A stretch of 64,000 nucleotides of DNA from the IMG/VR virus record IMGVR_UViG_3300014838_000017, positions 18,349 through 82,348 of that record. One strand, 5' to 3'. This document shows, piece by piece, positions 20,392-28,796 of the stretch; the first letter of the stretch is position 1, and every line of letters starts with the position of its first letter. This DNA is from a virus. Below the pieces are notes generated by a model. That model was given only the letters and a program-made list of their open reading frames with translations, was not told the DNA's origin and searched no databases. The translations under genes were made by a program, and so were the position numbers.

Positions 20392-21951
20392 TCAATGAAT
20401 GGTCCATATCCATTTTCCATTGCCACAATCCCAAATCCTATCATATCCATTAACCTTCATATTTTCCCATTCAGATAAAGCGGGGTCAAATGATTTTAGT
20501 TTCATTTTTAATTTATGCTTTTGCCAACAGATTCTATTTTGTGTAGTCTGATAATTATCAATGATATAATATCCATTTGGAGACGTATTTCCCATAAAGT
20601 TAAATCCGAGTTTCATATATACTTTACCGTCAAAATATCTCCGATCACTATACGATACAATGGATGTGGGGTTATATTTTTTAAGAAAATAGGAAAATAA
20701 TTTTGATGCTCCGCCGTGTATTTGATATCCCAATTTGTTACAAAATCTTCCCATTTCATATTGTATTTTTTTATCAAATCTTGATTTTAAAAAAGTCATA
20801 ACCGACATTAAGTTATTAAATTCATCAAACAATCCAAGTTTAATCGATGAGTGATCGGCTCCTTGTAAATGATTTTCCTTTAAAAAATCTACACATATCC
20901 GTGAGGATATTTCACGGACATTACATTTACGCCCGAATATGGTATTCGATGGTTTATTTAGCATAGATGAAATGACTGATTTTACAATATTTTTTTTCAT
21001 TCTCCATTCATTATCCCATATATGAATGAGTCTATATCCTCGTGAAATACAACCAGATGTTTTGTTTAAATGATATATTTTATTTTTATGTCCAAATAAT
21101 TCACTGTGCCAAAGAATACTGTCACATTCAAATGCTATATTTATACTTGGTATAACAATATCCAATTCTTTAGGTGATAGTATTTGCCGGTCGTTTATTT
21201 TTATATCAGTTGTAATATCAACTATCGATTTTATATATTCGTATATTTCACTTTGAAATGTGGATGTGTTATTTTTATCACATGACGGACATATGGGATA
21301 CTTCCCATCATCGATAGAATATGATTTTATAGTACCGCATCTATTACATTTAAAAATATAATCCTGTGCCGCTACTCCTTTAAATTCATCAATTGTAAAT
21401 TGGGGTGTGAAATTTACAAAATTGGGGTGTAAAGTGAATTTTTCAAATGTAGTTTTGTTATGCTTCTGTTTAAATGTCTTACTCATAGATGCATGAGGAA
21501 ATCCATATTTCAATAAACAAGTTAATTTATATTTTTCTTTATATTCTTCCGTCATCATATAGTTCGTTACACCATAACGATCCATACATGTTTTTTTTGC
21601 CTTGTCTTGGTTTAAATAATTTTCATTACCATAAAGTTTAAGTTTTGTTGCCCGAACCCTATTTATCCATCCATCCGATTTGGAAACCCAATCGACTCCA
21701 TATTTTTTCATTACAGAATCTTTTAAATTTTGTTTGGTAGCCTCTGTTTTCATGGGATGCATTCCATATTTTTCCGTAAATGTTTTAACTTGAGATGCAA
21801 TTATCTTTTTCTTTACATCCGGATCTGCATTTGCACATTTTTTCCCGCAATACGTTCGTTTATTTCTTAAGTAATATGATACCGAAAATTTTGTGTGACA
21901 TGTCGGACATGTTTTTTCTATGAACTCTGGTAATGTTTTAGGTCTAGCCAT
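20392..21951 (-). CDS. Hef-like homing endonuclease, paralog of 11600..13138
   Basis: KYG repeats, ELDIVIPSINIAFECDSILWHS, GRKC...NHLQG, RFC..GGASKL and YDRIWDCG. Confidence 0.75.
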   Translation of the reverse strand: MARPKTLPEFIEKTCPTCHTKFSVSYYLRNKRTYCGKKCANADPDVKKKIIASQVKTFTEKYGMHPMKTEATKQNLKDSVMKKYGVDWVSKSDGWINRVRATKLKLYGNENYLNQDKAKKTCMDRYGVTNYMMTEEYKEKYKLTCLLKYGFPHASMSKTFKQKHNKTTFEKFTLHPNFVNFTPQFTIDEFKGVAAQDYIFKCNRCGTIKSYSIDDGKYPICPSCDKNNTSTFQSEIYEYIKSIVDITTDIKINDRQILSPKELDIVIPSINIAFECDSILWHSELFGHKNKIYHLNKTSGCISRGYRLIHIWDNEWRMKKNIVKSVISSMLNKPSNTIFGRKCNVREISSRICVDFLKENHLQGADHSSIKLGLFDEFNNLMSVMTFLKSRFDKKIQYEMGRFCNKLGYQIHGGASKLFSYFLKKYNPTSIVSYSDRRYFDGKVYMKLGFNFMGNTSPNGYYIIDNYQTTQNRICWQKHKLKMKLKSFDPALSEWENMKVNGYDRIWDCGNGKWIWTIH

Positions 21952-22116
21952 AATAGAGTTTGGTTCTTATATCGTAATCAAGATTATATATGCCATGTAA
22001 TACGTAAAATGTCAATAAATTATTGTTTATTAGGGTATTTATAATTGTAATTGACTACCTAATATACATATCAATGTATTAAATGTATGTCGTAACCCTA
22101 TGAAAGACAACTACTT

Positions 22117-22608
22117 ATGGCTGATTTACTAACAAATAACGAAATGTTCTATAGTTTATGGGAACCAAAAACGAAGAACCGTTTTCTCATGTATATTGAT
22201 GGCATCCCAACTTATCTTATCCGCAAGACTGACCGCCCTAAGTGGAGTCAGGAGCGTAAGACGGTTGATTATATAAACTTGCAATGGTTCTATAAGGGAA
22301 AGACCACATGGGCAGAAATTTCTCTGGAACTTTACGACCCAGTCGTTCCTTCCGCTACGCAGACTGTATTCGAGTGGTTTCGTCTATCACACGAATCTGT
22401 TACTGGTCGTGATGGCTATCAAGACTTCTATAAGAAGGAGTGTACGATTGATGTGCTTGGTCCTGTAGGCGATAAAGTGGAAGAATGGACACTTAAAGGT
22501 GCATTCCCTACCGACTACGATGGAGGCACATTGGATTGGACCGATGCTGGTGATGCTATGACTTTAACGATAAAGCTATCCTACGATTATGCGATTTTGC
22601 AGTATTAA
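22117..22608 (+). CDS. Tail tube protein (T4 gp19-like)
   Basis: 163 aa with EPKTKNRF, KGKTTW..I.LELYDP, YKK...LGPVGDKVEEWTLKGAFP and LSYDYA. Confidence 0.9.
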   Translation: MADLLTNNEMFYSLWEPKTKNRFLMYIDGIPTYLIRKTDRPKWSQERKTVDYINLQWFYKGKTTWAEISLELYDPVVPSATQTVFEWFRLSHESVTGRDGYQDFYKKECTIDVLGPVGDKVEEWTLKGAFPTDYDGGTLDWTDAGDAMTLTIKLSYDYAILQY

Positions 22609-22675
22609 GTTCACTTATGATTATGATAGGATTGCTTAATCAAAGCATAATCATAAATAAAATATATTGACTTTC

Positions 22676-22712
22676 AAAATCCTTCTGCTATAGTTATACG
22701 TAGAAGGATTTT
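22676..22712 (+). promoter_or_regulatory. 13-bp hairpin masking the RBS of the downstream HNH gene, with promoter elements in the loop
   Basis: aaaatccttctgc pairs with gtagaaggatttt; the loop is tatagttatac; TTGACT lies at 22667. Confidence 0.55.
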
Positions 22713-22714
22713 TT

Positions 22715-23527
22715 ATGCCCAAATACAAATGTAAGTTATGTGAAAATGTTGAGTTTAACAACTATACCTCATTGAGCCGCCATATGGGTCGGACTCACAA
22801 AATGGATACGACGCAATTCTATGTTGATTACCATTTGGAAGGTGTATGGCCACTGTGCAAATGTGGATGTGGAGAGCGGTTGAATTATTCATATAACTTA
22901 AAGGGATTTACCGAATATCGTAAAGGTCACATTGCCCGAATAAAAAATAATTGGGGCCATAACCAAAAGGCGATAGATGCATCGGCGGAAACTCGTCGGC
23001 AGCAATATGCATCGGGTGAGCGTATTCAATGGAATAAGGGGTTGACTATTGATGACCCACGAGTTAAAATAAACGCATCCGCCTCTGCTGCATCAATAAA
23101 TTCCGACCCCGAAGAAATAAAGCGTAGGTCTGAATTGATGACACAAATAAGTCAGAATGGAGTATTAACCATATTGAATGGCCCCGCTCATCCAAATTGG
23201 AAAGGAGGTGTCTCGGAAATCAACATACTTGCTCGTAATGACCGTAGGTTATATGATGATTGGAAGTATCCTATTTTGATTCGGGACAAGTTTAAGTGTG
23301 TGGAGTGTGGCGGGACGGATGGTGGTTTACACATACATCACGATAAGGAGTTGATGTGTGAGATTGTGAAGAAGCACATGCCTGATGAAGACGAGATAAC
23401 GGATTTTGAATTGAAGAAGTCTATTGCGTCTAAAATCGTTGATTATCACATCAACAACAAGGTATCTGGGATTACGTTATGTGGTAAGTGTCACGAAGAA
23501 AAGCATCCATCTTTGAACTTTCGATGA
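22715..23527 (+). CDS. HNH homing endonuclease with an N-terminal C2H2 finger and NUMOD-like motifs
   Basis: CKLC...HMGRTH, CKCGCG, WNKGL, HPNWKGG, RDKFKCVECG..LHIHH and GITLCGKCHEEKH. Confidence 0.85.
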   Translation: MPKYKCKLCENVEFNNYTSLSRHMGRTHKMDTTQFYVDYHLEGVWPLCKCGCGERLNYSYNLKGFTEYRKGHIARIKNNWGHNQKAIDASAETRRQQYASGERIQWNKGLTIDDPRVKINASASAASINSDPEEIKRRSELMTQISQNGVLTILNGPAHPNWKGGVSEINILARNDRRLYDDWKYPILIRDKFKCVECGGTDGGLHIHHDKELMCEIVKKHMPDEDEITDFELKKSIASKIVDYHINNKVSGITLCGKCHEEKHPSLNFR

Positions 23528-23540
23528 TATTTATACACAT

Positions 23541-24350
23541 ATGAACAAGCTGCCAACAAAACTTTTAGAATATCTCGTTCGTCAATGCACGAGGGAAGTC
23601 CTTAATCAGATTTCAGAGGAAAAAGAATATAAGGCGAGCGAAGCCAAAGATAAAAAAAAAGTTATTAAGGCTAAGTTTGCCAAGGAGAAGGCGTTTAAGC
23701 CGAAGATCAAGAAGCTTAACGAAGACGAAGAAGAGAATACTGGAATGGCACCACCAGCAAACGGTCAAGGAACTGCTGATGAACCCGCAATTCCAACTCC
23801 AAAAGACACGGAACCCGAAGCTCCTTCACAGCCAGAAACTCCCCAACCATCCAATGGTCCGGCGTTAATCAATCCAAAAGATAAGTCTAAACTTCAGCCT
23901 GTAAGATTTCAAGGATGTGATGAATCAGCAGTTGAACGCACATTGCATAGTTTGGCAGTGAGTGTGATTGGTCCAAGGGCGAAGGTATCTCTCGGAGCTA
24001 AACGCTTGGCTCGTGAAGCAGCATCTAATCCCAATGCTAAAATATTTTTCTATTTCGGAAAGACTGATCCAGAATCTGAAGAAGTGTTTTTGATGGCAGA
24101 TAAAAGTTTACAAATAGCCAAGGATGAATCCGTTGATCCATCCGAACTTCAAGGTGTTCCATCATCCCAACCATCCAATCCAGATGATATTAGTGCAGAC
24201 TATGATCGACACAATTTGAATCACATGGATGACAGACAATATAATGCTTATCAAGCTCAGAAGATTCGTGGAACTCCTCGATATGGAATCGATGAACAAA
24301 CTCATCAAATGATTAAAAAAGCGGTCAACAAAATTCTTGACAGCAAATAA
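23541..24350 (+). CDS. Hypothetical protein, possibly head-internal
   Basis: 269-aa ORF following TATTTATA at 23528. Confidence 0.65.
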   Translation: MNKLPTKLLEYLVRQCTREVLNQISEEKEYKASEAKDKKKVIKAKFAKEKAFKPKIKKLNEDEEENTGMAPPANGQGTADEPAIPTPKDTEPEAPSQPETPQPSNGPALINPKDKSKLQPVRFQGCDESAVERTLHSLAVSVIGPRAKVSLGAKRLAREAASNPNAKIFFYFGKTDPESEEVFLMADKSLQIAKDESVDPSELQGVPSSQPSNPDDISADYDRHNLNHMDDRQYNAYQAQKIRGTPRYGIDEQTHQMIKKAVNKILDSK

Positions 24351-24748
24351 TGAAAGTCACACAAAAACAGTTAAACGAACTTATCTATCTCATTACTCGT
24401 GGGGTAGTTAAGGAGTATGGTCTAATGTCTTCTCAAGATGATGAGGAAAGCACTCAGGGAACTGCTGATACTGGAGCAAAGCCCACGGATGCTATGACTA
24501 CATATGAAAAATCGAAAGCCGAGCGTGAAGCGAAGAAGAAGCAACAAGATGCTCTAAGAACTGCCAAGTTTGATTTGGATATGACAAAAAAACAAACAGA
24601 TTACTTCAAGGCTCAAGATAAGAAGAATACTTTGGATATTCAGGCTAAAACCAAGAATATTCAACAGTTAAGTGGTGCTCCAAAAGGAATAGTTCCAGCG
24701 GGTGGAACGATTGCGGAAATTGTTAGAAAAGTACGTTCTAAAATATAA
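24350..24748 (+). CDS. Hypothetical protein
   Basis: TAATG overlap with the previous gene; N-terminus MKVTQKQLNELI. Confidence 0.65.
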   Translation: MKVTQKQLNELIYLITRGVVKEYGLMSSQDDEESTQGTADTGAKPTDAMTTYEKSKAEREAKKKQQDALRTAKFDLDMTKKQTDYFKAQDKKNTLDIQAKTKNIQQLSGAPKGIVPAGGTIAEIVRKVRSKI

Positions 24749-24812
24749 AAACGCAAAAAAGTCTTGGAAGGTCATATATATTTTCAAGACCAGTAACAAC
24801 AATAACAGTTTT

Positions 24813-25640
24813 ATGGACCAAATTATTCCTATCACCCGACCATCAGTCAATCAGCCCGTTCCGCCCGCTCAAAAGGCAGAGTCTCGGTTTCCAACCGAAG
24901 TAATAAATCTTCCCTCACAAGGATGGTTTTATGCTACCGATAATCCGCTTTCTAGTGGTCAACTTGAACTTAAGATGATGACTGCCAAGGAAGAGGATAT
25001 TCTTACGTCTCCCAACCTCATTCAGAAGAACATTGTGTTGGATAAACTGTTGGAATCCGTAGTTGTAAACAAGGGTATCAATCTTGATGAAATGCTCATT
25101 TGTGATAGAAATTCTGCTTTTTTTGCTATTCGCCGACTGGCTTATGGTGACCAGTATGAAGCGACTCTCACTTGTCCTCGTTGTGGTAAGGAGAATTCTA
25201 TAACGATTGACCTTTCCAAGATGGATAGCCGCCCATTCGACTTTGATAAGTGTCCAAAAGGAGAGAACGCCTTTCAATTCAAACTTCCATACACGGGAAA
25301 GACTTTAACGTTTAAGCTTCTGACCAAGAAAGATGAAAATCTCATTGAGGCAGAACTGAAGGGAATGGAAAAGGTATCTAAAGACCTGCGTAAAGAAGTC
25401 ACCACTCGTCTTGCTCATATCATTACTGCTGTAGATGGAAACAACAATCAAGCCGTTATTCGTCGTTTTGTTAATGAAGAACTTGTCTCCAAGGATAGTT
25501 TAGCTCTTCGCACTCATTTGCGAGAATTCATGCCCGACATTGATACCACATTTGCATTTGTGTGTAACAATTGTCAGCTTGAAAGGAAGGAGGAGACTCC
25601 TATGGGAGTTTCCTTTTTTTGGCCTAACACCGGAGTATAA
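24813..25640 (+). CDS. Baseplate hub / tail assembly chaperone (T4 gp26-like)
   Basis: FPTEVINLPSQG, MTAKEEDIL, two CxxC pairs and a FFWP C-terminus; lies upstream of the tape measure gene. Confidence 0.75.
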   Translation: MDQIIPITRPSVNQPVPPAQKAESRFPTEVINLPSQGWFYATDNPLSSGQLELKMMTAKEEDILTSPNLIQKNIVLDKLLESVVVNKGINLDEMLICDRNSAFFAIRRLAYGDQYEATLTCPRCGKENSITIDLSKMDSRPFDFDKCPKGENAFQFKLPYTGKTLTFKLLTKKDENLIEAELKGMEKVSKDLRKEVTTRLAHIITAVDGNNNQAVIRRFVNEELVSKDSLALRTHLREFMPDIDTTFAFVCNNCQLERKEETPMGVSFFWPNTGV

Positions 25641-25860
25641 GGGTCAGCTTCACGATCTCGTTTTCGACCTCGTTCATTACGGCAAAATTGAATATTTTGC
25701 CGCTTATGATATGCCTGTTCAGTATCGAATGTTTTACATTCGTAAACTCATAAGCATTAAGGAAAAAGAGAAGAATGATATTGAAAAAGCATCTTCGTCT
25801 GCAAGGGAGGCTCCATCCCAAGGAAAAATTGTAAAAGGACCGAGTGTTAACAGAGGTTAA
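25614..25860 (+). CDS. Chaperone extension (gp51/gpT-like), probably reached by a +1/-2 frameshift at a T7 run
   Basis: Reads FFGLTPEYKGQLHDLVFDLVHYGKIEYFAAYDMPVQYRMFYIRKL. No ATG precedes the conserved-looking part, which begins at TCC TTT TTT TGG. Confidence 0.6.
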
Positions 25861-26119
25861 CGGCGAAAACGATTATCCACGCAACCAATGCAAGCCCCCA
25901 CAGGCATATCCACACGGTTTTCATTGCGGTCTTGACTCTTTGCTCGCAGTCATTGTAAAGACAGTAGTATTCGTAAAGATAGCCCTTTATCCATTCTCCA
26001 AAAATTGGGGCAATCATAGCTCCAATGAACACTGTAATCATGCAAACCACGGCTCCTGCGCCGATTCTACGGTAAATTGCGTGTTCCCACTCGGTTATTG
26101 GGTCTCTTTCGTCATTCAT
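25847..26119 (-). CDS. Small two-TM membrane protein antisense to the tail operon
   Basis: Two hydrophobic segments; has its own TTGACA-17-TATAGT promoter 6 nt upstream of the ATG at 26119. Confidence 0.6.
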   Translation of the reverse strand: MNDERDPITEWEHAIYRRIGAGAVVCMITVFIGAMIAPIFGEWIKGYLYEYYCLYNDCEQRVKTAMKTVWICLWGLALVAWIIVFAVNLC

Positions 26120-26125
26120 ACCTCC

Positions 26126-26154
26126 ACTATACTTCATTTTTATAATCTTGTCAA
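26126..26154 (-). promoter_or_regulatory. Sigma70-type promoter
   Basis: TTGACA agattataaaaatgaag TATAGT (17-nt spacer). Confidence 0.7.
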
Positions 26155-26197
26155 TAGCGAAAAGTCATCGGTTGTCCCTATTTATAAATGATAACAT

Positions 26198-28783
26198 ATG
26201 GCCGATCCATTAATACATCAGGATAAAGCGAATATTGAGCAAGCAAAGGCAATGCTTGATATTCAAGTATTGATAACAGAGAATATCAAGAAGCAACAAA
26301 ATCTTTTTCAAGACATCGGGCGAATCAATAAAGACGTTGCGGCTCAAGTGAATGCTCGTGGAGAAGATGAAAAGAAAATGATAGATGTTATTAGTGCAAA
26401 AACTGTGCTCTATTATCAAGAACTTCAACGGGGTAATAATATTCAAAGCGAAACTGTAACAAAAGCGTATCTTAAAAACCTAGCAAATATTAAAGATTCT
26501 ATGAAAAGAGCCAAGGAACAATTGGCTATATCTCGGGAAATAAGTAAGCTTCAGATTTCTATGGAGCAGAAGCGGCACGAGGAAGATACAAAGTGGATAA
26601 AGTTTTCAACGAGTAAATTTAAAGAAATGACTGGTTTGAAAACGACCGAATTCGATATGACTAAGAATATCGGAGATCAACTGATTAAGAATGGAATTGA
26701 ATCTGAAGCAATAGCCTATACGTTTAGTGCTATATTAGTTATGGTAAAGAGCACGTATGATTTATTCAATAAATTAGATTTGTCGGCGTTTGCATTTAGA
26801 AAAGTGATGGGTATGACTCGAATTGAATCTCAATTTATTCGCAAAGATGCCCAAGACATTGCCATTTCATACATGGCAATGGGTGTAACCATTGATGGGG
26901 TTTATAAGTCTTATGCTGCTATTGGACGAGTGGTGGGTGGAGTTCATAATGTTACAAAAGATATGGCTCGGGATGTTTCTTTAATGTCCTCCCAACTCGG
27001 AATATCCGAAGAATTAAGTGTGGGGTTGCTAAGTAATTTGGCGGCGGTTTCGAATAGCACTATAGAGTCACAGACAAATATGCTTGGAATGGCACAATCA
27101 CTTTCATCTGCCGCAGGAGTTCCATTGGCTGATGTAATGAAGGATGTTTCGAGTAGGTCTCAGACTACTTTGACTATGATGTCTCGTATGCCAATCGTGG
27201 CATTGAGAACTTCTATTGAATTGCATCGTATGGGAACATCAATGGAAGAAGCGTCTAAGTCGAGTCGCCACATTCTTGATTTCTCTGAGAATATTAACGA
27301 GGAAATGAATGCATCGGTGCTTTTGGGAAGGTCGATTAATTTACAACGTGCTCGTGAATTGGCATATCATAGAGACATTGAAGGCTCCACCAAGGAAATT
27401 CTTCGTATTACAAAATCCATTGGATTTGCACAACTTGATACATTCCAACAAGAAGCATTTGCAACGGCAACGGGTAAGAGTGTTGATGAATTGATGAGAA
27501 TGCTTCAGACCGATAAACAGATTGCATTAATTAGGAATGGAACCGATGCTAAAGCCAAGGAGGAGCTTGCTACTTACGAAAAAATGCGTATGGAAAACGA
27601 AGCCACTGCTAAATTACGAGCTGAAGATTCAATGACTACGATCCGAACAATGCTTAACCAAGAGAGAATTTCACAGATTACTAACCACTGGAACCAACTT
27701 TTAGCTAAAGCTGAACAGTTCTTACTTCCAATTGTTGATTTGATGCTTCGGGGTGCATTAGCCATTATAGATTGGGTTCCAGCCATTATGGCATTCTCAA
27801 TGCCATTGGGACGAGTAATAAAAGATTTAGCTGTATGGATTTTATCTGGAGAAAGAATTGCCAAATCATTTGATTCGATTGGAAGTTTTGTGATGAAATT
27901 TGGAAAAGTGTTTGATGGTGTTGCCGGTATTGTTTTAAGAATTGGTACGGGAGTATCTAAGTTTGTGGGGGGACTTGGAAAAGCGTTTGGAGTTTTTGGA
28001 AAACTTTTAGGGTTTGCGGGCATTTTTGCTAAATGGGTTCCAGTTCTTGGATGGATTATTATGGCATTTCAGTTTATCAGTAGTTTGATTACAAGGATTT
28101 CCAATGCTGGATTTGTAAAAGGTGATTTAGGGGGTAACATACTGAAAGGATTAAAAGCGGTGGGGTTAGCCATTTATGATGTATTAATTGCCCCGTTTGC
28201 TAATGCCTTCAAATGGATATGGCACTTATTGGGACTTGGAATTGTAAAAGGTATTGTTGGTATTGGGTCTATGCTGTTCAATGCTATAATTGCCCCGTTT
28301 GCTAATGCCTTCAAATGGATATGGCACTTATTCGGCGGACATTCACCATCTCTTTTGGGACTTGGAATTGTAAAAGGTATTGTTGGTATTGGGTCTATGC
28401 TGTTCAATGCTATAATTGCACCGTGGAGAATGGCATTTGGATGGATCGCAAACAAATTTGCTGGTATAGGTCGATTTTTTGGTCGTATTTTTGGGAGACA
28501 TGATTCGGTGGAGAAAAAAGCACAAGCTGCTTATGTTACGGCGGTTAAAGTGACTCCAAATGGAACGACCATTGAAACTCCTACCGCAAAATCTACTTCC
28601 GTCAAGAAAAAAGACGATGATTCAATTATTGGAATGACTGAAGAGACGGGTAAGAAAATGTTAGCATTGCTTGAGAAAATTCTAACGAAGGATACAAGCA
28701 TTCGTATGGATGGTCAGTTACTTAGCTCTACCTTGGCTCGACAAACCGAGTTTAAGGGAGGTTACGGAGTTAACAAGGTATAA
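26198..28783 (+). CDS. Tail tape measure protein
   Basis: 861 aa, helical, with W/F-spaced amphipathic repeats, HSPS and a MDGQLL C-terminus; follows the chaperone genes. Confidence 0.85.
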   Translation: MADPLIHQDKANIEQAKAMLDIQVLITENIKKQQNLFQDIGRINKDVAAQVNARGEDEKKMIDVISAKTVLYYQELQRGNNIQSETVTKAYLKNLANIKDSMKRAKEQLAISREISKLQISMEQKRHEEDTKWIKFSTSKFKEMTGLKTTEFDMTKNIGDQLIKNGIESEAIAYTFSAILVMVKSTYDLFNKLDLSAFAFRKVMGMTRIESQFIRKDAQDIAISYMAMGVTIDGVYKSYAAIGRVVGGVHNVTKDMARDVSLMSSQLGISEELSVGLLSNLAAVSNSTIESQTNMLGMAQSLSSAAGVPLADVMKDVSSRSQTTLTMMSRMPIVALRTSIELHRMGTSMEEASKSSRHILDFSENINEEMNASVLLGRSINLQRARELAYHRDIEGSTKEILRITKSIGFAQLDTFQQEAFATATGKSVDELMRMLQTDKQIALIRNGTDAKAKEELATYEKMRMENEATAKLRAEDSMTTIRTMLNQERISQITNHWNQLLAKAEQFLLPIVDLMLRGALAIIDWVPAIMAFSMPLGRVIKDLAVWILSGERIAKSFDSIGSFVMKFGKVFDGVAGIVLRIGTGVSKFVGGLGKAFGVFGKLLGFAGIFAKWVPVLGWIIMAFQFISSLITRISNAGFVKGDLGGNILKGLKAVGLAIYDVLIAPFANAFKWIWHLLGLGIVKGIVGIGSMLFNAIIAPFANAFKWIWHLFGGHSPSLLGLGIVKGIVGIGSMLFNAIIAPWRMAFGWIANKFAGIGRFFGRIFGRHDSVEKKAQAAYVTAVKVTPNGTTIETPTAKSTSVKKKDDDSIIGMTEETGKKMLALLEKILTKDTSIRMDGQLLSSTLARQTEFKGGYGVNKV
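28185..28419 (+). repeat. Near-perfect 102-bp tandem duplication inside the tape measure gene
   Basis: Copies start at 28185 and 28287; the second carries an extra 24 nt (FGGHSPSL). Confidence 0.85.
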
Positions 28784-28796
28784 GATACTTATAGAT

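Noticed and set aside
20310-20397. Possible gene remnant (MITLKL... / ...VKFKNAGRQEVEDVDVEPINQ) between two endonucleases
   Set aside because: The fragments are in different frames and too short to support.
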